Source: Centroscyllium fabricii
Lineage: Eukaryota
Direction of reading: 5' to 3'
Length of the DNA: 64,000 nucleotides
Assembly (NCBI GenBank): GCA_051313645.2
Contig: JBNRSN020000044.1
Coordinates: 7,812,001-7,876,000, forward strand
Position numbers and translations under genes: made by a program. Positions 54,320 to 64,000 of this stretch are shown piece by piece. The notes under the pieces were generated by a model. The model was not told the origin of the DNA. It saw nothing but the letters and a program-made list of their open reading frames with translations, and searched no databases. Position 1 is the stretch's first letter. Each line of letters starts with the position of its first letter.

Positions 54320-54426
54320 CTTTCCGTGTGTCTGAGCAATGAGGGAACGGCTCCCGGACACGGGACCAGGACACAGCTCAGGACCAGTCCGACCAACAGC
54401 ACTCGACCAGTGGGAGGGGGCTCCAT
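54320..54426 (-). CDS. pth2: PTH2 / TIP39 precursor, first coding exon: MEPPPTGRVLLVGLVLSCVLVPCPGAVPSLLRHTE(S)
   Basis: Acceptor CTTTCCCTTCAG|GAT ATG, hydrophobic signal peptide and donor GAAAG|GTAAC. It ends in phase 2, exactly complementing the phase-2 acceptor at 46078; total CDS 765 nt = 254 aa + stop. Confidence 0.85.
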
Positions 54427-54591
54427 ATCCTGAAGGGAAAGCACAGAAAGTAAAAGCCCCCGAACATTATTTAGATCCCAGTCTTCCCATAAAACATGAG
54501 ACAACATTTAAAGGCTGCCCAATACATTAAATCAATGAAGATAATAATCAGGCACTTTCTGTAACGGGGCTGGTCCTTAAACCAGGGTTGC

Positions 54592-55030
54592 ACCCCACAC
54601 ACCCCAACATCCCACACCCCCCCACAACCCATCACCCGGATACACCGTCACCCCCCACCCCGTCACCCCAACACACAACCCCACAAGCCGACACCCAGAT
54701 ACACTAACACCCCCCATCACCCAGACACCCGACACTCCACACACCCCGTCACCCCCCACTCCGTCACCCCAACACACACCCCCGACAACCCATCACCTGG
54801 ATACCCCTGCACAACCCCGACACCCAAACATCCCACACACCCCGTCACCCCCCACTCTGTCACCCCAACACACCCCACAACCCATGAGTTTGGGCGAGGG
54901 AGAGTTACCAATTGATGAGTTTGGGCGAGGGAGAATTGCTATCGATGAGTTTAGGCGAGGGACAGTTACTGATTGGTGAGTTTGGGCGAGGGAGAGTTAC
55001 TGATTGGTGAGTTTGGGTGAGGGAGAGTTG
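54592..55030. repeat. C/A-rich low-complexity repeat (54592-54883) followed by a 31-bp tandem repeat (GAGTTTGGGCGAGGGAGAGTTAC...; ~5 copies)
   Basis: Direct periodicity. Confidence 0.85.
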
Positions 55031-55190
55031 GGTAGCAAGCACAGATGGCTGCAGTTTTCATCTGATGGTCGATGGCTTGATTCAAGCCTCTCAATTGGAT
55101 CATTGCGAGGTATCTGTTCCACTCTCTCTTCTTATTGGCTCCTACTCCTCCTCATTGTTTAAGTCAAGCAAAGAAAATAATTTTACTCAC

Positions 55191-55641
55191 CACAGAAATC
55201 ACTTTTCGTTTCTTGATTCAGGACAAGTGATGTTGGATGGCGTTGGATGGTGTTTGATGGTATTGGATGGTCTTGGATGGTGTTGGATGGTGTTGCTTGA
55301 TGTTGGTTGGTGTTGGTTGGTGTTTGATGGTATTCGATTGTGTTGGATGATGTTGGATGGTCTTGGATGGTGTTGGATGATCTTGGATGGTATTCGATTG
55401 TGTTGGATGATGTTGGATGGTCTTGGATGGTGTTGGATGGTGTTGGTTGATGTTGGTTGGTGTTGGATGGTCTTGGATGGTGTTGGATGGTCTTGGATGG
55501 TGTTGGATGGTGTTGGTTGGTGTTGGTTGATGTTGGTTGGTGTTGGTTGCCGTTGACTTGTCGTTGGATGTTGGTTGGGAGCTCAGCACTGATATTCCCT
55601 GTACTGCTTGGTTTATATAAGACTCCAGGATAATGACATCA
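55191..55641 (-). promoter_or_regulatory. Candidate pth2 promoter and non-coding exon 1
   Basis: Minus-strand TATA (TTATATAAAC, 55611-55620), CRE-like TGACATCA (55634-55641) and consensus donor GTG|GTGAGT at 55191/55190. Confidence 0.55.
55229..55577. repeat. 10-bp microsatellite (TGTTGGATGG)n
   Basis: Direct periodicity. Confidence 0.93.
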
Positions 55642-56360
55642 ATGTCCTCATAAGGGAAATAAACTACTGACTATTAAGCTTTAAAGCTTAATGAAACCAA
55701 TTTCAAAAGGCAACTCTGATATAATGAGAGACAATAAGGCAGCTGTGGGACTTCCTGTGGGAGGAGGAAGTCAGGGCGATTTATTATAAACTCATCCAAT
55801 CTGGCCCCGCACACTGACCATTATTTTAATGAGCCTTCAGTATTTCAGATCCTAACTGTTGCTAGAAACAGGTGCAGTAACCATTTTCTTTAAATCTTTG
55901 AAAAAAACATGAAATGGAGGCTGTCCCAAGTCTTGGACTCAGTGGCGGTGAAAGTTCATGTTAAATCTCGTTAAAAATGACTTTGTATTTTGTCAGATTT
56001 GAAAGCTGTCTTTAAATTAGAGTTCCAGTTACATGAGGTCACGATTTGAGTCACTGCCATTAACCAGAGGAAGAGACTTGGTCTGGAGTTAGTGCGGGTC
56101 CTTGACGTCTTTTCATTTCCTCTGTTCATTATTTCATGTTTCTTCAGAATGATATTCAGTTTATAATGAGTGGTGATGAGCTGAACACATTTCCGGGAGA
56201 AAGTTTACATAGTTGGTCACTGGGAGGGGATGGTTTGAAGTTAAGTTTCAAATGGAAAAATGTTTTATTCAGAACTTGTGTTGTGAGTGCTGGATTTGAT
56301 GTTAAGTTTGTGTGAGTGGCTCTGATATCTCAGTGAATGGAAATCCCACCAAAAGTGTCT

Positions 56361-57012
56361 CAGACCATCAAAAATGGACCAGCCACATAAATACTGCGGC
56401 AACAAGAACAGGCCAGAGGCTAGGTATTCTGCGGCGAGGGTCTCACCTCCTGAATCCCCAAAGCCTTTCCACCATCTTCAGGGCACAAGTCAGGAGTGTG
56501 ATGGAATACTCTTCACTTGCCTAGATGAGTGCAGCTCCAACAACACTCAAGAAGTTCAACAGCATCCAGGATAAAGCAGCCCGCTTGATTAGCACCCCAT
56601 CCACCACCTTAAACATTCACTCCCTCCACCACCGGCGCACTGTGGCTGCAGTGTGTACCATCTACAAGATGCACTGCAGCAAATCGCCAAAGCTCCTTCA
56701 ACAGCACCCTCCAAACCCGTGACCTCTTCCACCTTAAAGGACAAGGGCAGTAGGCACTTGGGAACACCACCACCTCCAAGTTCCCCTCCAAGTCACACAC
56801 CATCCTGACTTAGAAGCATATCGCCAATCCTTCATCATTGCTGGGTCAAAATCCTGGAACTCCCTCCCTAACAGCACTGTGGAAGTACCTTCACCACACG
56901 GACTGCAGCGGTTCCAGAAGACGACTCACCGCCTTCTCAAGGGCAACTAGGGATGGGCAATAAATCCTGGCCTTGCCAGTGACGCCCACATCCTATAAAC
57001 AAATTTTAAAAA
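56361..57012 (+). mobile_element. 3' fragment of the LINE family seen at 16369-18198
   Basis: WTSHINT...AQVRSVMEYS...HSLHHRRTVAAVC; same 3' end. Confidence 0.9.
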
Positions 57013-57136
57013 ACAGCACCGGAACCAATGATTGGGCTTCACACTGTAACAATGGGCTGAAATGGCCTCTTTCTGTGCTGTAAATTTCTATGATTCTATA
57101 CCCGGGGGGTTACAGCATTACGTAGACACAGACCTG

Positions 57137-57899
57137 GGGGGAGAAAATCGGTGGCTTGCGCCAGCTGTTAGCACCCTAAGAGGGCTGCTAATGGGGTGCA
57201 AGCATTGACTGGTGCCTCCCACGATATTCAGTGGGGCGCTGGCATGTGCGGTAGCTGGTAGTGCCCCGTGGCTCCACGCCACCAGGGATGACATCATCAG
57301 AGCACGCAGCGACCCTTCTCGCGCCCAGGGCGCGAAATTGAGTTGTGCCCGCTGACGTTCCACCTGATGCTGCCCACGACAGCTTCAGGCTGTCGTACTT
57401 GCAGCGGGGGAGCACTACTTAAAGGGGAGGGTGCCGGGCGGCCATTTTTGTTGCTGGCCGACTGCCAGCACCGTCCCCCTCTGCCGTCCCCGGCCTCCCC
57501 CGGCCTCCCCCGCTGCCCCCCCCCCACAGTGTGCTGCCTCTGCTCACTGAGCCCGGCATTTCCCTCGAGTGCCGGGCTCCTTCAGTGGCATGGCGGCCCA
57601 TGGCGGCCCCGTGGGGCTCTTGCCAGAACCACGCTAGGCCCCTCGCCCTTAATCAGGGGAGGGAGGCCTGCAGTACCACGGCACGGCGCTCTGTGCTGCC
57701 TGTCGCTTCAGCCCACAGCGCCGGAAATTCGGTTGTAGCGCCTAAAGAACGAGGTCAGGCGCCTGCAGTAGCGCCCGACCTCCTACGATGGGCGCTACAA
57801 CCGAATATCACGAGGAACGGTGCCAGCGTTAGGTTGGCGCTAAAAGTAGCACATCACCGAGGGTAGCGCCCAAAATGGGCGCCACTGAATTTTTCCCCC
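57137..57899. mobile_element. Non-autonomous PIF/Harbinger-type DNA transposon (MITE), GC/CpG-rich
   Basis: Imperfect TIRs GGGGGAGAAAATCGGTGGC / GCCACTGAATTTTTCCCCC; 3-bp TSD CTG at 57134-57136 and 57900-57902; no transposase ORF. Confidence 0.75.
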
Positions 57900-58221
57900 C
57901 TGGTGTCTGCTGCTATTCTTTCGCTGATATCGCCCGAGTTGCCTCCACAATTTAAACTCTTTCAATTCATTATTTTAAAGAGGTTGAAAAAGTACAAACG
58001 CAAACTCGAATGGAATTCAATCGTGAACCTAGGGCTCGGATATTGCATATTATTCATTGTTTGCTGTACACTTGTGTATAGAAACAAAGTCTGCAATGAT
58101 GTGGAAGAGACAGGACCGTGAGCGGAACTCTGTAACTGCCCTGTGCAATGGAGCAGCGAGATTCCTGGAGCTGCTGTCATCAACCGGGGCAGGAGCCTGT
58201 ATCACTACAGCTCGGTCCTGA

Positions 58222-61200
58222 GCCACTAATTAACTGTTGCTGGTTAACTATTGCTGGTTAACTGCCGCTGGTTAACTGCCACTAGTTAGCTGCTGCTAAT
58301 GAACTGTCGCTGGTTAACTACCGCTAATTAACTGTCACTAATTAACTGCTACTGGTTAATTGCCACTAATTAACTGCCGCTGGTTAACTGCCACTAATGA
58401 ACTGTTGCTGGGTAACTGTTGCTAATTAACTGTCATTGGTTAATTATCGCTAATTAACTGCTGCTAATTAACTGCCGCTGGTTAACTCTTGCTAATTAAC
58501 TGCTGCTGGTTAACTGTCGCTAATTAACTGCCGCTGGTTAACTGCCACTAATTAACTGTTGCTGGTTAACTACCGCTAATTAACTGTCACTAATTAACTG
58601 CTGCTGGTTAATTGCCACTAATTAACTGCTGCTGGTTAACTGTCACTGGTTAATTACCACTAATTAACTGTTGCTGGTTAACTGCCACTAATTAACTGTT
58701 GCTGGTTAATTGCTGCTAATTAACTGTTGCTGGTTTATTGCCACTAATTAACTGTTGCTGGGTAACTGCCACTAATTAACTGTTGCTGGTTAATTGCTGC
58801 TAATTAACTACTGCTGGTTTATTGCCACTAATTAACTGTTGCTGGGTAACTGTCGCTAATTAACTGTTGTTAACCAGCGGCAGTTGTTAACCAGCGGCAG
58901 TTAATTAGTCCAAAGATGTGCGGGTTAGGTTGATTGGCCAGGATAAATTGACCCTTAGTGTTAGGGCGATTAAATATGTGGGGTTACAGGGATAGGGTGG
59001 GATATGTGTCGGTGCAGGCTCGATAGGGATCGAGGGTATATGGGGAGAGGGCAGGGGCGGGGTACTGGGTTTGGATGATCAGCCATGATCTCATTGAATG
59101 ACGGAGCAGGCTCGAAGGGCCGAATGGCCTACTCCTGCTCCTATCTTCTATGTTTCTATGTTTCTATGTTGTTGGTTAATTATCGTGAATTAACTGCTGC
59201 TAATTAACTGCCGCGGGTTAACTGTCGCTAATTAACTGCCGCTGGTTAACTGCTGCTGGTTAACTGTCGCTGGTTAATTGTCGCTAAATAACTGCCACTG
59301 GTTAACTGTCACTAAATAACTACCGCTGGTTAACTGCCGCTGGTTGATTGCTGCTAATTAACTGCCGCTGGTTAACTGCTGCTAATTAACTGCCGCTGGT
59401 TGATTGCTGCTAATTAACTGCTGCTGGTTAACTGTCGCTAATTAACTGCCGCTGGTTAACTGCCGCTAATTAACTGCTGCTGGTTAACTGCTGCAAATTC
59501 ACGGTCATTGGTTGACTGCCACTGGGTAACTGTCGGTAATTAACTGTTGCTAATTAACTGCTGCTGGTTGACTGTCGCTAATTAATTTTCTGCAATTAAC
59601 TGCTGCTAATTATCTACCGCTGGTTAACTGTCGCTAATTAAATGTCACTAATTAACTGCCGCTGGTTAACTGTCGATAATTAACTCGCTGGTTAACTGTT
59701 GGTAATTAACAGTTGCTAATTAACTGCCGCTGGTTAACTGTCACTAATAACCATGCTGTTGGTTAACTACTGCTAATTAACTATCACTGGTTAACTGTTG
59801 CTAATTAACTGTCATTAATTCACTGCCGCTGGTTAAATATTGCTTATAAACTGCCGCTGGTTAACTGTCGCTCATTATCTGCTGCTGGTTAACTGTCGCT
59901 AATTAACTGTTGCTGGTTAACTATTGCTGGTTAACTGTCACTAATTAAGTGCTGCTGGTTAACTGCCACTGGTTAACTGTTGCTAGTTAATTGCCACTGG
60001 TTAACTGTTGCTGGTTTACTGCCACTGATTAACTGTAGCTGGTTAACTGTCGCTGGTTAATTGCCACTGATTAACTGTAGCTGGGTAACTGCTGCTGGTT
60101 AGCTGTCGCTGGTTAACTGCTGCTAATTATCTGCCACTGGTTAACTGTTGCTAATTAACTGTCGCTGGTGAATTGTCGCTGGTTTACTGTTACTGGTTAA
60201 CTGTTGCTAATTAACAGTTACTGGTTAACTGTTGCTGGTTAACTATCACTAATTAACCACCGCTGGCTAACTGTCGCTAATTAACTGTTGCTGGTTAGCT
60301 GCCACTGGTTAACTGTCGCTGGTTACCTGCGGCTTATTAACTGCCGCTGGTTAACTGTCACTAATGAACTGTTGCTGTTTAACTGTTGCTGGTTAACTGT
60401 CACTAATGAACTACTGCTGGCTAATTGTCACTGGTTAACTGTTGATAATTAACAGCCATTAGCTAACTGCTGCTGGTTAACTGCCACTAATTAACTGTTG
60501 CTTGTTAACTGTCGCTGGTTAATTGTCGCTAATTAACTGTTGTTGGTTTACTGCCACTGATTAACTGTTGCTGGTTAATTGCCACTGATTAACTGTAGCT
60601 GGTTAACTGCTGCTGGTTAGCTGTTGCTGGTTAACTGCTGCTAATTATCTGCCACTGGTTAACTGTCGCTAATTAACAGTTGCTGGCGAACTGTCGCTGG
60701 TTTACTATCACTAATTAACAGCTGCTGGTTAACTGTCGCTAATTAACTGTTGCTGGTTAGCTGCCACTGGTTAACTGTCGCTGGTTGCCTGCCACTTATT
60801 AACTGCCGCTGGTTGACTGTCACTAATGAACTGTTGCTGTTTAACAGTTGCTGGTTAACTGTTACTAATTAACTACTGCTGGCTAATTGTCACTGGTTAA
60901 CTGTTGCTAATTAACAGCCGTTAGCTAACTGCTGCTGGTTAACTGCCACTAATTAACTGTTGCTTGTTAACTGTCGCTGGTTAATTGTCGCTAATTAACT
61001 GTTGTTGGTTTACTGCCACTGATTAACTGTCACTGGTTAATTGCCACTGATTAACTGTAGCTGGTTAACTGCTGCTGGTTAGCTGTTGCTGGTTAACTGC
61101 TGCTAATTATCTGCCACTGGTTAACTGTTGCTAATTAACTGTTGCTGGTGAACTGTCGCTGGTTTACTATCACTAATTAACTGCTGCTGGTTAACTGTCA

Positions 61201-62170
61201 CTAATTAACTGTTGCTGGTTAACTGTCGCTGGTTACCTGCCACTGGTTAACTGTCGCTAATTAACTGCTGCTGGTTGACTGCCACTAATGAACTGTTGCT
61301 GTTTAACTGTTGCTGGTTAACTGTCACTAATTAACTGCTGCTGGTTAACTGTCACTGGTTAACTGTTGCTAATTAACTGCCGCTAGTTAACTGCTGATGG
61401 TTAACTGCCACTAATTAACTGCCGCTAGTTGACTGTCACTAATGAACTGTTGCTGTTTAACTGTTGCTGGTTAACTGTCACTAATTAACTGCTGCTGGCT
61501 AATTGTCACTGGTTAACTGTTGCTAATTAACGGCTGCTAGTTAACTGCTGCTGGTTAACGGCCACTAGTTAATTGTTGCTTGCTAACAGTTGCTGGTTAA
61601 TTGTCACTTGTTAACTGTCACTGGTTTACTGCCACTGATTAACTGTAGCTGGTTAACTGTCACTGATTAATTGCCACTGATTAACTGTCGCTGGTTAACT
61701 GCTGCTGGTTAACTGTCGCTGGTTAACTGTCACTAGTTAACTGTTGCTAATTAACTGCTGCTGGTTAACTATCAGTAATTAACTGTTGCTGGTTAACTGT
61801 CGCTGGTTCACTGTTGCTAATTAACTGCTGCTAGGTTAACTGTCACTTGTTAACTGTCGCTAATTAACTGCCGTTTGTTAACTGTCGCTGCTTGACTGCC
61901 GCTAATTAACTGTTGCTGGTTAACTGCCGCTAATTAACTGTTGCTGGTTAACTGCCGCTAATTACCTGCCACTGGTTAACTGTCGCTGGTTAACTGTCGC
62001 TGGTTAATTGTCACTGGTTAACTGCCACTGGTTAACTGCCACTGGTTAACTGCTGCTAATTAGCTGTCGCTGGGTAACTGCCACTAATTAACTGCTGCTA
62101 GTTAACTGTCGCTGGTTAACTGCCGCTGGTTAACTGTCATTGGTTAACTGTCGCTGGTTAACTGTCACTG
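58222..62170. repeat. 14-bp minisatellite (CTGGTTAACTG[CT][CT][GA] / CTAATTAACTG[CT][CT][GA])n, ~3.9 kb
   Basis: Direct periodicity of two interspersed unit types; ~460-520 bp higher-order repeats around 60000-61100. Confidence 0.96.
58908..59168 (+). mobile_element. 5'-truncated HE1-type SINE in the 14-bp array
   Basis: SINE 3' half and (TTTCTATG)n tail. Confidence 0.92.
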
Positions 62171-62799
62171 GCAGGGATTGTGACGACAAATCCAACAATA
62201 CAAATACATTTCTTTTCTTAAAAAAATATAAAAACATAAGCGAGTTGGACCTTACGGTATTCTCCCGGTGGTTGGAGCCGAATTGTGTCTTCCGCTTTAG
62301 CTCAACTTCTTGTCTAAACGACGCCAAAGGGGAAGAGAGGAGAAAGTGAGACTGTTGGAGTGAAGGTGGCTGAATGACGGGAAGCGAGATCCTGACGTTC
62401 AATGGTTGTTGGAGCGAGGCGATGTCTCTCGGGTTAGATGCTAGCCAGGATTGAACTGACTGAGGCTGACGGTTCCATTAATCCTCCTGTCACCACTCTC
62501 AGACTGAATTCTGATACAGACCCACCTCCCTCACCTGTAGCACAGTGTCTCAGAATTGTTCAACAACCATATTATTAAGGGGGGGTCTGAACAGTTAGTG
62601 AGAGAGTCGTGAAGGCTTGCTAACAGCATGTTGCATCACATGGCGACATGAGACTGAGCAAAGAGCTATTCTACATCTTTCGCATTTCATTCTTCATTTT
62701 ACTTTTTATAATGAGGGAATATTCTGCGGAGGATATTTTAAAAATAACATTTCTTTTTCCCCAATTTTTTCAATAAGGACTTTTATAAGGGTCTAAAAA

Positions 62800-63150
62800 G
62801 TAAAAGATTAGTTAAAGAGCAGATAGAAACAAAGGTATGGGGAGATTTTAAATAAATAGTTTGCATGAGTTTTTACAAATGATGGTGGGAGTGAGACTGC
62901 AGGTGAACGAGAGGAGAATATGGAACAATTGTTAGAGATAACTGGAGACAAGGAACTGCTTCTGATAAAATCGCAGAACTGGAGGTGAATCAATCTCTGA
63001 GGGCAGCCCCCAGGCTATTGGAGGAGGTCTGAGAGGAGATAACAGAGGCTTTGGCCACAATTTTTCAATCTTCCCTAACTATTGTACCCTGGGACTCGAC
63101 AGTAGCTGCTGTAACACCTTGGTCAAGAAGGATAAACCGGGTAACTATCG
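62800..63150 (+). mobile_element. Highly degenerate CR1 ORF2 fragment
   Basis: Decayed equivalents of YFASVFT...IFQSS...VTPL..K..PGNYR. Confidence 0.5.
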
Positions 63151-63880
63151 CATTGGCAGGCTATTTAACTGTTCACAGCCCAGCTTAATCCTTTCCTCAA
63201 CTCAGCCTGACGTTCCCTCAGTGCCAGCTGCCATGTGCAATGTGGTAGACAGGACTCGGTCTCACTCGATGAGTGATGATGGTTTTCCATCGTAACTGCC
63301 TTATTTTGTCTGGGCGTGACTAATGTTCATATCAAGAGGCAGCTCGGAATCACAGAGTCAACAGAAAGTAATTGAAATCCTTATTTAACAACGGTTTTAC
63401 AATTTTCTTCACTACTAACAACTGCTTTAACATTTGTTGCTTCCGTATGATGGTGCCTTCCATTCCTGCCCCCTCACCCACTCGAGAGGCAGGACAGGAT
63501 TTCATTGGCAAGATCTCTCAATCTGGGCTAGTTGGAGGAAGAGGAAGCTGACTCGACGTCACAGGGGTTTACAGGACACCTACTGACACCATCACCCACA
63601 ACATATGTCCTCCTACCTCCACATGATCCAGGACAATTAATGATGCCAGATGGTGCAACCTGGCCATCACTCGCAGTCCTGCCAAGGTCACCACCCTGCT
63701 CATACACTTCATCTCCTTCCCATGGTTTACAAGTAACAGCGTGATGGGCTGTGCAATCTTACTGAGAACCAAAGGGTAATGAGTGATCAGATTGCAGCCA
63801 CACGCACTTCCTTCATCAATCCCATCACCTACATTAACAGGGAGGATTCTATTCTCAATAACCAGATCAATTGTGAGAGA

Positions 63881-64000
63881 AGAACATAAGAAATAGGAGC
63901 CAGGAGTCGGCCATTCAGCCCCTCGAGCCTGCTCCAAATAAGATCATGGCTAATCTGATCTTGGCCTCAACTCCACTTTCCTGCCTGCTCCCGATAACCC
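63881..64000 (-). mobile_element. CR1 3' tail running off the window edge
   Basis: AGAACATAAGAAATAGGAGCCAGGAGTCGGCCATTCAGCCCCTCGAGCCTGCTCC is the reverse complement of the CR1 3' stem-loop and tail. Confidence 0.85.

Noticed and set aside
57137-57899. CpG-island promoter or GC-rich gene
   Set aside because: Bounded by TIRs and a 3-bp TSD, so explained as a Harbinger-type MITE; its ORFs have no recognisable domains.

Overview
Repeat-rich vertebrate genomic DNA, very probably an elasmobranch (shark/ray), judged from HE1-type V-SINEs and HER1/CR1 LINEs. Most ORF-track entries are by-products of minisatellites or LINEs. Reading splice sites by hand recovers two complete, convergently transcribed neuropeptide-hormone genes that the ORF track largely misses. 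(1) A five-coding-exon galanin-family precursor (+ strand, 9722-22536, 123 aa) encoding the 29-mer [29 protein letters not shown] followed by GKR. (2) PTH2/TIP39 (- strand, 54426-45421, 254 aa), whose pro-region carries a 4 x 20-aa coding tandem repeat. Linkage to PTH2 suggests that the galanin gene is the GALP-lineage paralogue, retaining ancestral galanin architecture. The rest is at least ten tandem arrays (10-60 bp units), nested CR1 LINEs (one full-length, one with a near-intact ORF2), HE1 SINEs, a Rex/Babar fragment, an internally deleted Gypsy-like LTR element, solo LTRs, a Harbinger-type MITE, Penelope-derived hairpins (one with a degenerate hammerhead ribozyme core) and one assembly gap. 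Coordinates were counted by hand. Exon, TSD and LTR boundaries were checked base by base, while old-repeat boundaries are approximate.
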